A model generated the notes under the pieces. It was given only the letters and a program-made list of their open reading frames with translations. It was not told the origin of the DNA and did not search any database. Source: Zygnema circumcarinatum SAG 698-1b (lineage: Eukaryota > Plantae > Zygnematophyceae). From it: a stretch of DNA of 64,000 nucleotides. Shown here piece by piece: positions 13,439 to 26,166 of the stretch (positions are counted from its first letter, which is position 1; each line of letters starts with the position of its first letter). The position numbers were made by a program, and so were the translations under genes. The stretch is taken from assembly GCA_037447605.1 (NCBI GenBank), contig CM074810.1, forward strand, positions 2,638,880 through 2,702,879, in the 5' to 3' direction.

Positions 13439-13979
13439 AAAAAAAAATTCTCAGTATGAACGCGTCTTTTTTTACTTCGCATTGGGACGGAGTTTTTTCG
13501 GGCAGGCGGAGGCGATGTTCCCTCCAATGATTGGCTGCCCAAATTTTTTTTAGGTCGGCCCTTCGCTTGCCCGCAAGAACTCCGATTTTGAGAAGCACAG
13601 CTACGTTTGGGTATGAACGGGGTATTGGGTGTGTTTGTGGGTATTGTAATAAGTGAAAAATTTCGACCGTTATTTTCAATGTACTGCAAAGCTTGGGTGT
13701 TTTTTGGCTGTCTGTAAATGCTAGAGGAAGGGGTAAACGGTAGGTAGGTTTGAGGGTTAGGGTTTGGGTTTCAGCTGGGTATTGGGTCGAAGAGGGCGTT
13801 CTTTTTTTGGTCCACTCAAATTTTGACTCTTGTTTTGTTTGAACAATAAAAATAAAACTGTAAGATTTGAATTTGTTCGAGTTGTGTGTTTTCTTTGTTG
13901 AGGTTGTGACATTATTGAGGAAGGGTCATTTGGCTTGTTATTACTGTCCAGTAAACAAGAGAGAATCACCCTTTTCCAG

Positions 13980-14500
13980 GGAAAGGAGGGGGGGGAGGGA
14001 GGGCGAGAAGGGGGGGAGGAGAGGAGAAAGGGGGGAGGCAGGCAGGCAGGCGAGAATGGTGGCAGAGGGAGAGAGGGATGTGAGAAGAAGAAGCAAGGAG
14101 AGAGGCAGGAGTGGCAAGCAGGTGAGGGGAGGAGGGAAGGGGAGGGAAAGAGAGGGAAAGAGAGGCAGGAGTGGCAAGCAGGTGAGGGGAGGAGGGAAGG
14201 GGAGGGGAGGGAGGGAAGGGGACGGAAGGGGAGGGAAAGAGAGGGAAAGAGAGGCGGGAGTGGCAAGCAGGTGAGGGGAGGGAGGGAAGGGGAGGGAAGG
14301 GGAGGGAAGGGGAGGGAAGGGAAGGGAAGGGGAGGGAAGGGGAGGGAAGGGGAAGGGAAGGGAAGGGGAGGGAAGGGGAAGGGGAAGGGAAGAGGAAGGA
14401 AAGGAGAAAGGAAGGGGAAGGAAAGGGAAAGGGAAGAAAGGGGAAGGAAAGGGAAGAAATGGGAAGGAAAGGGAAGGGGAAGGGGAAGGGTGGGAGGAGG
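13980..14500. repeat. GA-rich low-complexity tract with ~60-bp units (AGAGGCAGGAGTGGCAAGCAGGTGAGGGG) and (GGAAG)n
   Basis: Three copies of the unit, then a purine microsatellite, between the AP2 and P450 3' ends. Confidence 0.75.
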
Positions 14501-14687
14501 ATTCACGTTTTGATATCTCACGTTTGGCTCTGTAATTTACAACTCATTTACAGCTGTTGTACATGAACCCACTGGGAGGGGCTCGTATTCCGCAAAATTC
14601 AGTGACCTTTAGCCACTGTTTCACACTGAAGACTCCTACAATCTAAAAGTCCTTCTCATTCACCACTCCCACTCCCCCTCCTCCCTC

Positions 14688-16035
14688 CTAACACATCGTA
14701 ACGTGCTTCCGAGGTTTAGCCACAGCTTCCAAAGGCCGTGCCGGCCACACAGTAAGCCCAAACTTTGCCGTAAAATCGATCTCCTCCATATTTGAAACTT
14801 CCCACTCAAAGTAGTGAAGGAGATGGGCAAGCATGAGAACCACCATGTTGTAGCCCAAGGACATGCCCGGACAAACCCGCCGCCCAGAGCCAAAGGGAAG
14901 AAAGTTGAACTCGGTTCCACGATAATCAAGATCATTCTCAAGGAACCGCTCGGGTTTGAACTCGTGTGGATCCGGCCACGCCTTCGGATCATGGTGGATC
15001 GCCCACGAGTTGATCTGCAGCATTGTGCCGGCCGGCACGGAGTACTTTCCTTTGCCTAAAACCACGTCTTGAGAGGTTAAGTGGGGGACAAGCAAAGGTC
15101 CCACTGGTCGATGTCGGAGAGTCTCCTTCACTACTGCCTTAAGAAGGGGTAGTTCAAGCAGCCGATTCTCAAGGCTCTCCTTCCCTTCTCCCTCTCCCTC
15201 TCCCTCTCCTTCTCCCTCTCCCTCTCCTTCTCCCTCTCCCTCTCCCTCTCCCTCTCCCTCTCCCTCTCCCTCTCCCTCTCCCTCTCCCTCTCTCTCGAAG
15301 GCCTGCTTCAGCTCTTCCTGTACCTGAACCATCAATTGAGGCTTCTTCAGAAGCTCCAACATTGCCCACTCCACAGTTGCTGAGCTTGTGTCCGTACCTG
15401 CAAGAATCATATCTTGGAGAATTCCTATCTTTTCTATCTCCCCCACGTGATCTTCCTTTTCCGACATCAGCAATGCATCGCAGAGGTCCTGAGGGACCTC
15501 TTCTTCTAAGCCCTCCTCTCTCCCTCCCTCCAGCCCCTTCCTATGCCTCTCAACTTCATTCTTCAGAAAATTACGAAAGTAAGCATTCACCTTTCTACTG
15601 CGACTTATCACTGCATTGGGATCGAACGGCCGCAATAGAGGAATGTAATCGGAGAGATTAAAGGAACCCAATAAAACAAAAAGTTCGCTTGTGTTTTTTA
15701 TAAACTCGTCCGCTGCCGGGTCCTCCTCCTTCCCCTCAATGCTGTACTTGAATTTCCTCCCCACCGACATTTGGAGAATGTTGTTCAGAGAAGCTCTGCT
15801 GACGTGGCGGCGTAACGTCACGAGGCCTCCCCGGAGAGAGGCTTCCTCTCTAACGGCGGCAACCATACATAGAACCTCCGTTCTCCGTTTTGGGGCCCAC
15901 AGGTCGAGCCGCTTGCGAGTGAAGAGATTCATCGCACAAATTTTTCGAGCGAGTTTGTGGTGAGGGCCGGAGGGGGCGAACCCAATATCAAGACCTGTAT
16001 ACAAAAAGGAGAAAATTCGTATGTTATGTCGTTGT

Positions 16036-16076
<41 letters not shown>

Positions 16077-16626
16077 AAGAGAGAGACAGAGAGAGAACGG
16101 GAGAAGGGGAGAGAGAGGGAGAGAGAGGGAGAGAGGGACAGTGATTGACGGGCGCGAGCGAGAGCTACAGCAGGGAAATGCTGAAACGTGGAAGCAAGCT
16201 GAGGAACGGAAAAAAAAAAAAAAAAGTCCCACCATTATATCCCAATATGGCGGCCGACGGCGAGAGTGGGCGCGAGGAGCAGAGCGCGTCATTGTCGCGG
16301 AGCACCTCCCTGGCCGCCTCCATGGACGAGATAACGACAGAAGGTACGGACCCCACGTGGAGCAACATGATTGGTCCGTGCTTCTCCGCCATCTTGGCGA
16401 GAGCACGGTAAGGGAGTGGGTCTTCCGCCATGGCCGGGATGTTGCCCAGGACGGGCCATGGAAGGGGGCCGGGGGGGGGAGGGAGGGGGAGGCGGCGGAA
16501 GGAGAGGGAGAGGGAGAGCTGCGGGTAGAGGAGCGAGACGGAGAGGAGGAGGAGGACGCAGGGGAGGATCCAAGCCCATGGGAGGGCCTGCAGGGTGGAG
16601 GAGAGGGTTTCCAGGGTGGCAGCCAT
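14688..16626 (-). CDS. Cytochrome P450, CYP71 clan (copy 1, intact)
   Basis: Exon 1 16626-16233 (N-terminal TM, PPPPGP hinge), exon 2 15994-14688. Motifs AGTDTS, ETLR, PERF, PFGSGRRVCPG; phase-1 intron YNG|GLDIGFA. Confidence 0.93.
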
Positions 16627-16647
16627 GGCTCTGAAGGGGCCCACACG

Positions 16648-16678
<31 letters not shown>

Positions 16679-16772
16679 GAGAGAGAGAGGAGAGAGAGTG
16701 AGGGGAGGGAGGAGCACCGGGGCTGCGCGCCGCCGGTTTGTGGTCTCATGGTCAACGCAAGGGCCGTCGGCG

Positions 16773-17180
16773 ACCCAAAAACCAGAAACCGACCTCCGGC
16801 GGGGACCCAGAAACCAAAAACTGAACTCTGGCGGGAACCCAAAAACCGGAAACTGACATCCGGTGGGGACCCGAAAACCAGAGTCCGACCTCTGGCGGGG
16901 ACCCAAAAACCAAAAACTGACCTCCGGTTGGGACCCGAAACCAGAGACCTACCTCTGGCGGGGACCCAAAAACCAAAAACTGACCTCCGGTGGGGACCCG
17001 AAAACCAGAGACCGACCTCTGGCGGGGACCCAAAAACCAAAAACTGACCTCCGGTTGGGACCCGAAAACCAGAGACCTACCTCTGGCGGGGACCCAAAAA
17101 CCAAAAACTGACCTCCGGTGGGGACCCGAAAACCAGAGACCGACCTCTGGCGGGGACCCAAAAACCAAAAACTGGTGACC
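16773..17180. repeat. Minisatellite: ~13 x 32-bp units arranged as 64-bp dimers, upstream of P450 copy 1
   Basis: GACCC(A/G)AAAACCA..AC(C/T)GACCTC(C/T)GG.GGG recurs at 16773, 16804, 16836, 16868, 16900 ... 17155. Confidence 0.9.
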
Positions 17181-17749
17181 CGTGTGTCTCGAGTTTGTTG
17201 AGGTTGTTATATTGGTCGGCCACCGACGGTGGCGATTGGCTGCATGCGAGTTGATCGGACTGCTGTGGTTTCTTTGGCTCAGCTGCAAGGCTGGACGATG
17301 GGACACGTGGATTGTTCCTCCTCCGTGGGATCTCCAACCTTCCCCTCAGCCGTTGATTTTACTTTCTCAGACACTGAAGCTAGTGCATTCAAGCAGCACA
17401 ATTCAACATTGTTCGGGGTACCATGAATCCCCCGACAAATGGCAATGCTCTACTACAACATCGACCGGCGAACACAAAGCATCCCATGTTTCTCCATTCA
17501 AACTCTTGTCCCACAAAACTTGAGTTCTGAGTCGTATATCCATTCACGCCCTAAAACCCACTTCCCAAAATGCCCATGCTCAACAACAACAACAAGGTCC
17601 TAGGTCCCTAGTGGGTCTAGGGATTTCCATAGCCTTTGCACCCCAAACAAACAAACTTCATCAACCTAGAAAGAAGTTTCAAATGTACAATCGACATTGT
17701 CACGTCACACTATCTTGTCGCCATTCATCCGTACGATTAGACGTCTCCA

Positions 17750-20315
17750 ACAGTACAGTAGGGGGTCCTCATATTTTCCACCCTGGTTCCGGCCAATATG
17801 AGGCGAAAATATTAATTTTGCATATATAAGGTTCGTGTTACGAATAGACGGGTGGTATTATGTTAGGGTTCATGTTGGACCGTACGTATCGTACCGTATG
17901 ATATTGTACCGTATCGTACTGGCTCGTTTAGTATCGTATCGTATCATGCCATATCGTGACGCATACACGTAGTTTTCCGCTCTGTTGTTCGTCTCAGCTC
18001 GTACGACTAGTACGGACAATACCATATCGGGGCGTTTCGTATCGTATCGCCTAGTATCGTAAAGTATCGTACCGGTCGTTTCGTATCGTATCGTATCGAA
18101 GCCAGGAAGAAGGGGAGAAGAGCGACCGCCTCTTACGGCGGCACGAGCGGGGAGATTAGGTGAGTTTTGCGTAAGCCCGTAACGGCTAGTACAGATAGTA
18201 CGGCTAGTACGGCTAGTACGAATAGTACGGCTAACACACGTTACCGTACAAAAAGGTGGTTTCGGCAAAATCGGGAAAATGATACAGCGGCCCCACTTTT
18301 TGGATATCGGCGCCCCCTTTTGGGAAAAAATGTACTTTTTTTTTTGGCTAATTACCCCCCCCCCCTTGGATCTTTCGGGAGGAGAGATCTCGTAGACAAT
18401 CGGACCCCGNNNNNNNNNNTGAGCCCTTTTTCGGTTGGAGTTTTTGCGCCTCGTTTCATGGACCCATATTCGACTAAAACCCACATCAAGAGTGGCTTTT
18501 AGGGTTTTGAGAGGGGTTTTTCTGGCTATTTGGGTTTGGGATTTCCAGTGAAGAAATCTTCGTCATATGTTTTTTACCAGTACAGCCTCAGTCTTGATTG
18601 GTTTAAAAAAAAAAAAAATCAGGTATATATCTAGGCGCCTACAAAAGCCAAGATTAATGTTCCGCGTCTTTTTGAGTCAGATTTGGAAACCACGAGGAGC
18701 CGCGGACCACGGTGTTCTATGTGTCCATGCTTTCAGTAAGCTTCAACTTTGCGAGTGGTTTCTTTTTTCGGACGGTATCTGCGTGGTCCCTCGCAGGGTC
18801 CTCGTATTTACCACCCTAAGGAGTGCGTCCTCAATATTTTCGCCCCGATTTTGGGAAAATGATACAGCGGCCCCACCTTTTGGATATCGGCGCCCCTTTT
18901 GGGAAAAATTGTACTTTTTTTTTTGGCTAATCACCCCCCCCCCTTGGATCTTTCGGGAGGAGAGATCTTGTAGACAATCGGACCCCGCGCCTCGCGCGCA
19001 GGATCCGACCGTCGGATCGTCGGATCGCGCGGCGCGGCCCGCGAGATGCGGCGAGCCTACGGAAAAGTTGTCCTCACCTGACCCGTTTGGGTCAGAGGTT
19101 GCCACGTGGCAGTCTGCCATTGGACAGCCCTGCTGCCGGTCCCCCATGCCGATACAGTGGACCCCCATAATATTTTCCACCTTGTACAGTGCGTCCCCAA
19201 GGAATTTGCCCCGATTTTGCCGAAACCACCTTTTTGTACAGTAACTCAATGTTAACGTATTAGGGGTGTTAACCTAACCTGACCTATTCTCCAATACAAA
19301 ATCTGTTAATCAAAACGGATTTCAAACATGGGTCACGCTTTCACGCTGTACGGTAAATACGAATAAAATCTCTAAGTCGTACGATATACGTACGGCACCA
19401 ATAGGAGCTCTTGTATCTAAATCACGGTACGATACGATACGATACGATACATACGAACAGACATGAACTCTAACATAATACCGCTCGCCTATTGGTAACA
19501 CGGAACTTATATTTGCAAATTACAATATTTTCGCCCAGTATTTGCCGAAACCATGGCGAAAATATTATGGGGGTCCACTGTATCGGCATGGGGGACCGGC
19601 AGCAGGGCTGTCCAATGGTAGACTGCCACGTGGCAACCTCTGACCCAAACGGGTCACGTGAGGACAACTTTTCCGTAGGCTCGCCGCATCTCGCGGGCCG
19701 CGCCGCGCGATCCGACGATCCGACGGTCGGATCCTGCGCGCGAGGCGCGGGGTCCGATTGTCTACAAGATCTCTCCTCCCGAAAGATCCAAGGGGGGGGG
19801 GTGATTAGCCAAAAAAAAAAGTACAATTTTTCCCAAAAGGGGCGCCGATATCCAAAAGGTGGGGCCGCTGTATCATTTTCCCAAAATCGGGGCGAAAATA
19901 TTGAGGACGCACTCCTTAGGGTGGTAAATACGAGGACCCTGCGAGGGACCACGCAGATACCGTCCGAAAAAAGAAACCACTCGCAAAGTTGAAGCTTACT
20001 GAAAGCATGGACACATAGAACACCGTGGTCCGCGGCTCCTCGTGGTTTCCAAATCTGACTCAAAAAGACGCGGAACATTAATCTTGGCTTTTGTAGGCGC
20101 CTAGATATATACCTGATTTTTTTTTTTTTTAAACCAATCAAGACTGAGGCTGTACTGGTAAAAAACATATGACGAAGATTTCTTCACTGGAAATCCCAAA
20201 CCCAAATAGCCAGAAAAACCCCTCTCAAAACCCTAAAAGCCACTCTTGATGTGGGTTTTAGTCGAATATGGGTCCATGAAACGAGGCGCAAAAACTCCAA
20301 CCGAAAAAGGGCTCA
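17750..20315. mobile_element. Nested inverted-repeat (foldback/MITE-like) region
   Basis: 18420-19176 is the near-identical reverse complement of 19558-20315. TIR pair C(C/T)GTACAAAAAGGTGGTTTCGGCAAAATCGGG at 18244 and 19241 flanked by TA. A diverged inverted pair lies at ~17760-17900 / ~19420-19580. (GTATC)n tracts present; gap at 18410. Confidence 0.7.
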
Positions 20316-20341
20316 TTTCTGTAACAGGTTTCGCTCCAATC

Positions 20342-23300
20342 TCATCCCTCCGCTCTGAAACATAAGCAAGAAAGAATCAGGCGGAGAGGTAGGTTTCAGG
20401 GTTTTTAGGGTCGGGGAGGGGGGGGGGAGAGGCAGAGGAGATGGAGATGGAGATGGAGAGGGAGAGGGAGAGGAGATGGAGAGGGAGAGGGAGAGGGAGA
20501 GGGAGAGGGGGAGGAGTTGGAGATGGAGAGGGAGAGGGAGAGGGAGAGGGAGAGGGAGAGGGAGAGAGAGAGGGAGAGGGAGAGGGAGAGGCAGAGGAAA
20601 AGGAAGAGGGAGGGGGGAAGAGAGTGGGAGAGGGAGAGGGTGGGGTGAGAGGGGAAGGGAAATGGAAAGGAGGGGAGGGAGAAAGGGTGGGATGGGGAGA
20701 GGGATGGGGAGGGGGAGGGGAAAGGGAAGGGAAGAGAGACAGACGGAGGAAGAGAGGGGGGGCGCAAGCGAGAGAAAGTGTTAATGAGGGGAGGGAGAGG
20801 GAGCGAGAGAGGGAAGTGAAAATGAAAGGTGGAGGGAAAAGGTGAGGAAGGTAGGGGAAGGGGACAAGGAAGAGTGGCAGGGAGAGGGAGTGAGAGAGCA
20901 CAGGAGAGGGGGGGAGAGTGGGAGGGAGAGGGAGTGAGAGAGAGCAGGAAAGGGGGGGAGAGTGGGAGGGAGAGGGAGTGAGGGAGAGCAGGAGAGGGAA
21001 GGTGAGTGGGAGGGAGAGGGAGTGAGAGAGAGCAGGAGAGGGGGGGAGAGTGGGAGGGAGAGGACAGAAAGAGAAGGAAAAAGTCATCAGTAGATTTGCA
21101 CCTGAACGAATTATTCGTCTTTGAGGCCAACATTCCTTGGTTTCTATATTTATGAAAGTCGTCCAAAAATTTCCAATATTGCCGACCTTCATTGGTGGGC
21201 TGCACACAGGATGACGTGCATGCTGACGTCAGAAACGAGGTCAAAAAGTCAAAGACATTCAAGAACTAGAAAATGTCAACCCTCTGCGTGACTGCCATTT
21301 TTTTTTTTTTTTTAATTCACGGGGATATAAATGGGGATTACGACACAGAACTCAATGCCAAACAAAAGGATCTTACGATGAAACCTTTCAATACCTTTTT
21401 CAAATACTTCAAAAATTCGTCGTGAATCGTTCGGTTAAAAGTGAAGGTCCAATCGACGAGCTGGAAATTGACTTCGCTCTGCCATTAAAATTGAACACCA
21501 TAAAAAAAAATACGATAAGAAACATTAAATAAAAATAAGAAGGTGAGAGAAAGAGATGAAATGTCCCCCCTCCCCCCTCCCCCTGCCTTTCCCCCTCCCT
21601 CTCCCTCTCCCTCTCTCTCGCATTCTCTCCCGCTCTCCCTCTCCCCATTCCTCTCCCTCTCCCCCTCCCTCTTCCTCTCTCTCCCTCCCTCTTCCCATCC
21701 CTCTCCCTGTCCCTCTCTCCCTTCCTCTCCCTCTCCCTCTCCCTCTCTCGCTCTCCCCCTCTCTCCCTCTCTCCATTCCTCTCCCTTTCCCCCTCCCTCT
21801 TCCTCTCTCTCCCTCCCTCGTCCCAGCCCTCTCCCTGTCCCTCTCCCTCTCCCTCTCCCTCTCCCTCTCCCCTTCCCTCTCCCACTCCCCCTCCCCTGAG
21901 ACGCACCTCCCGCTTCCTCCAATCGAACCAATTGATGATTTTGATGCGAGGGAGCCACTTGCTAACGTCAACGGCTTCAAAGCTATCGCCCTGAACGTTG
22001 AACACCTGCAAACATTTTAGGGAAAAAAAATTCCATTAACATTTAAAAACGGAAGATGAAGCTGCTGCATACTTCTTATACCTGCAACGTCTATTGGAAT
22101 CTCCTGCTTGTGCCTTAGCTACTGGTACAGACAAACACACAATGAGGGAAATCCCACCTTGCTCACCCCACTCTCTCTCTCTCCTCTCTTCTTCCCTTGT
22201 CCTCATTCCTGCTCTCGTTCCTCCGTTCTCCCCTGCACTTTCCTCTCCAAACCCTATTCCCCCCATTGTTCTCATCTCATCGTCTCTCCCTTTCTTCCTC
22301 CCTCCCCCTCCTTCCCCCCACTCTCCGCCCACTTTCCCTTCCCCTCTCCCCCTCCCCCCTTATTCCTCTCCCCCCTCACCCCCTCCCACCTCCCCTCTCC
22401 CTCTCCCTCTCCCTCACCCTCACCCTCTCCTCTCCCTCTCCCTCTCCCTCTCCCCCTCCCCCCTTATTCCTCTCCCCCCTCCCCCCCTCCCACCTCCCCT
22501 CTCCCTCTCCCTCTCCCTCTCCCCCTCCCCNNNNNNNNNNCCCACCTCCCCACTCCCCCTCTCCCTCTCCCGCTCCCTCCCCCCCCCCCACTTCAGCTTT
22601 CCTCACTATCTTATATGCGTAGGAACGAGCCCAATGCCTCACCAAGCGTGACGTAACCCACACAGGCTCCTCAATCTCTGTAACCCTAAAAGTCTTTAAC
22701 CCTAAACCCCACAACCCTACACCCCGATCCCGATCCACCTACCTGGGTCCACCAGGAGCTCTTTACGGAGAACTGGTCGGCGCAGCATGGAGCCTCCACG
22801 TTGAAGAGAGCGGCGGTTTCCGGCACAGCCATTGGCTTGTTGTGCACTCCGTCCGTACAGTACTTCGCATAGAAGTTGGGGAGCATGCTCTCATCCGTCA
22901 ACTCGCTCTTGAAATTTCCGGTCAGCTGAAACCAACCAATCAACAACATAAAAAAAAACCCACAATTTGGATACAACTTCAAATGACGAAATCGAATGAG
23001 ATTAAAGATAAGTTTAAAATTATTAAAATTAAGATAAATAATTAAAATTACGTACCCTATTATAGAAGGTTCGAGGCTCAGGCACATAGTTATTGCCCCA
23101 TGGATATTGCAGCCCCCAATGGTAGAGGGTCATTCCGACCCAATCAACAACATCGTCTCCGGGATAGTACGGATCGTACATGTCGTCATATGTGTTCAGT
23201 TCTCCGTCTCCGTTCGTGTCCAGTAACGGAAAATCTGCACATGTCCACTTTTCGCATCTGTAACGGCCGCCGTTAAACGGATAACCTGCTCCGTTATTTG

Positions 23301-24378
23301 GAGCCCACAGCATCGCCAGGTCCTTCTCAATGATTGCATGCAAAATTCGGGCAACGAGCCGAAACTTTTCAATGTATAAGGTGGGCATTTGGGACCACGG
23401 GTACCTGAAAAAAATAGAAAAAAAAAGGTGAAAAAAACCTCCTTTTATTCCACTTCACTTCTCTCTCTCTCTCTCTCTCTCCCCCGCTCTCTCTCTCTCT
23501 ATCTCTCTCTCTCTCTCTCTCTCTCGTACCCAGCAGAAATTCGATATTTCCATGTTTTCAGAGATGAGAACTGACCAGCTTCCGTTCATCTCGTGTGCGA
23601 AACGGATCAAGAACGCAACGCCCTTCACATGGAACCTCTTCAAGAACTGCGCAAGGACCACCGCTGCCCGTTCCGTTACCTCCAACAGTCCGAGGTTCGG
23701 TTCTATGGTCACCATGGCAATGCCCCGCCGTTGTGCCACCTGTCACGTCACGTCACAACACGTCACAACACATCGTTTCACGAAATGCTCGATGAGGACT
23801 TGCTCGGATTTTCCATTTAAAAGAATTTAATTCAGGCAAGCACTAAGTAGGAGTTGGTTTACGGAGATTTGAAACGGGTGGCAAGGGAAAGAAAGGAGAG
23901 GTGGGAATGAAGGAGGATGAGAGAGGAGGGAGAGGNNNNNNNNNNGGAAGGGAGAGGGGGGAGGGGGGAGGGGGGAGTGGAACAGATGCATAACAGAACT
24001 GAAAAAATTCTGCCTTTCCTCAGCAATTGAATCCATTGCCAGAACAGACTCTATCAAAGTAAAAAAAATCCTCCCATAGAGTCAAATTATTTGATCTGCA
24101 CGTTGATGGCTTCACACCTGCTCCAAAAAGTCGGCAAGGTACAAAAAATCCTCCGACCTCATGGGGAGCTGAATAAAAGTTCCGAACACAACCGGATTCA
24201 CATTGTTCAGTTTTGCGTAATCCGTTTGGAACATACTGTTGTCCGTATTCACGCCGAACCAGGCGCCCTCCTCTGGCTCGAGGGGCGCCAAGGCTTCCAC
24301 GTGGCACAAGGGGATAAGCGAGGCGACAGCTAGAATAAGTACTGCGCTGCAGTGGAGTTGAAAGGCTAGATAATTCAT
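20342..24378 (-). CDS. Secreted glycoside hydrolase family 26 (mannanase/glucanase-like), 8 exons
   Basis: Exons 24378-24118 (signal-peptide-like, LAPLEPEEGAWFGVN), 23739-23576 (RFAHEMNGSW, acid/base Glu), 23404-23056 (WAPN, YYPGDDVVDWVG), 22925-22743 (KPMAVPET, nucleophile Glu), 22005-21907 (PRIKIINWFD), 21478-21395, 21199-21102, 20354-20342 (last exon tentative). Confidence 0.88.
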
Positions 24379-24389
24379 GGCTGATTGGT

Positions 24390-24830
24390 GGAGGTGGGGA
24401 GGGAGGGAGGGAGATTAGAGGGACAGCTGGAGGAGGGAAAGGGGCGTGCGGTGAGGGAGGGAGGGAGGGAGGGAGGGAGATTAGAGGGACAGCTGGAGGA
24501 GGGAAAGGGGCGTGCGGTGAGAGAGGGAGAGAGGGAGGGAGGGAGATTAGAGGGACAGCTGGAGGAGGGAAAGGGGCGTGCGGTGAGGGAGGGAGGGAGG
24601 GAGGGAGGGAGATTAGAGGGACAGCTGGAGGAGGGAAAGGGGGGTGCGGTGAGGGAGGGAGGGAGGAAGGGAGATTAGAGGGACAGCTGGAGGAGGGAAA
24701 GGGGGGTGCGGTGAGGGAGGGAGGGAGGAAGGGAGATTAGAGGGACAGCTGGAGGAGGGAAAGGGGGGTGCGGTGAGGGAGGGAGGGAGATTAGAGGGAC
24801 AGCTGGAGGAGGGGAAAGGGGGTGCGGTGA
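24390..24830. repeat. Minisatellite, 7 copies of a 54-66 bp unit immediately upstream of the GH26 ATG
   Basis: GATTAGAGGGACAGCTGGAGGAGGGAAAGGGG at 24413, 24479, 24545, 24611, 24673, 24735, 24789. Confidence 0.9.
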
Positions 24831-25679
24831 GGGAAGGGGATGGGAACGAGTCAGGGGTGGAATGGGGAATGGCGTAGAGGGAGGGAGGGAGCGACAAGGG
24901 GAGGGAGAGGAAACGAGAGAGATAAAGACGAACGTATGGGAGGGGAGGCAGGAAGAGTAATCATGAAACAAACCGGAGGAACGAATCGAGATCAAGAAAT
25001 AAGTTCAGGGTTGAAAGGGAGGGAGAGGCGGGAGGGAGAGAGAGGGTGAGGGCAGGGTAGGGGATCGAGAGGAGGGAGGGAGTGAGAGGGATGGAGGGAG
25101 GAGGGAGGGAGAAAAAAGGAAGTGCGGGCGAAAGCGAAATCAAAGACACGAAAAAACGAACATAACGACCGTGGTACTCTGTACGGATCCACGGAAGCTC
25201 GCCACGTGACGAAATATGAGTGGCCAGAACGGTCCTTTTTGAAGTGACAGCGTACAGTATGGCACCACGTGGCATGACCATTTCACACTGACGGATCCGC
25301 TCCCCTGTTCCGATTGTCGGAATGGATTAGGTCTCCAAGGATCTCAACACTGTTCCAATTTGTTTTACTACATTCAAAAACATGGAAGCATGCATATAGC
25401 TGTGCCCGTAATCTTTTTTGTTCATGAATGAATTCTCATAAAGACACAAGTCAAGTGTAGACGCACCTTCATGATGTTTTTCTCTTCAAAATTCAATCAA
25501 TCAGAAGCTGCCATCTGACAGTCGAGTCGAGTCGCGCACATGCGAATCCGGAGACCGTACATAAGGTGACGTCAGGTTTTTTGTCGTATTAGAAACCGTG
25601 GATATATCGTTTCCGCCAGGATATATCGGCTCTGGCCGATATTCGGCCGCCGAGGCCTTCCCTTCCCATTGAGCATCTT

Positions 25680-25732
25680 CCAATAGCGACTCGCCACGTG
25701 TACAAAGTATACACGTGGCGAATCCCCATTGG
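25680..25732. promoter_or_regulatory. Inverted pair of ERSE-consensus motifs (CCAAT-N9-CCACG) upstream of GH26
   Basis: CCAAT agcgactcg CCACG at 25680-25698 and CGTGG cgaatcccc ATTGG at 25714-25732. Confidence 0.5.
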
Positions 25733-26135
25733 AGATCACTTGAACTGGTATACAGTATGAGGAATCCATTGTCGAAGACCTCTCGTTTTTCAAGTTCTTT
25801 TAGGTCTGTGAAGTTTTAGACTTTTTAGAGTTCAAGGGTGTTGAGGTTTTTTAGGGTTTTTAGGGTTTTTTTCCTCTCCTTTTGTAGTCCCTTTTGTAAA
25901 CTCATTTAAAAGGAGGTGAGGCGGCAATCTCATACATCTTGCAGCGGGCTTAAGAATCAAACGGTTTGAAATTTCAGCTTGCGCCGAACATTTTTCACAC
26001 GTGCACCGCTCATAGAACAACATGTCAAAGCCTATAAGAAAATTCAAGTTTTTCTTCTTAGGCAATTCAAGACAAAAATTGTGCTAAGCGCACATTTGAA
26101 ATGGTAACGTAGAACATTCACACTATGCGCACACC

Positions 26136-26166
<31 letters not shown>

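Noticed and set aside
16773-17180. CRISPR-like periodic array
   Set aside because: No unique spacers, no cas genes, eukaryotic context; it is a minisatellite.
18567-20168. Twin 225/232-aa ORFs on opposite strands
   Set aside because: They arise from the inverted repeat; no recognisable protein motifs.
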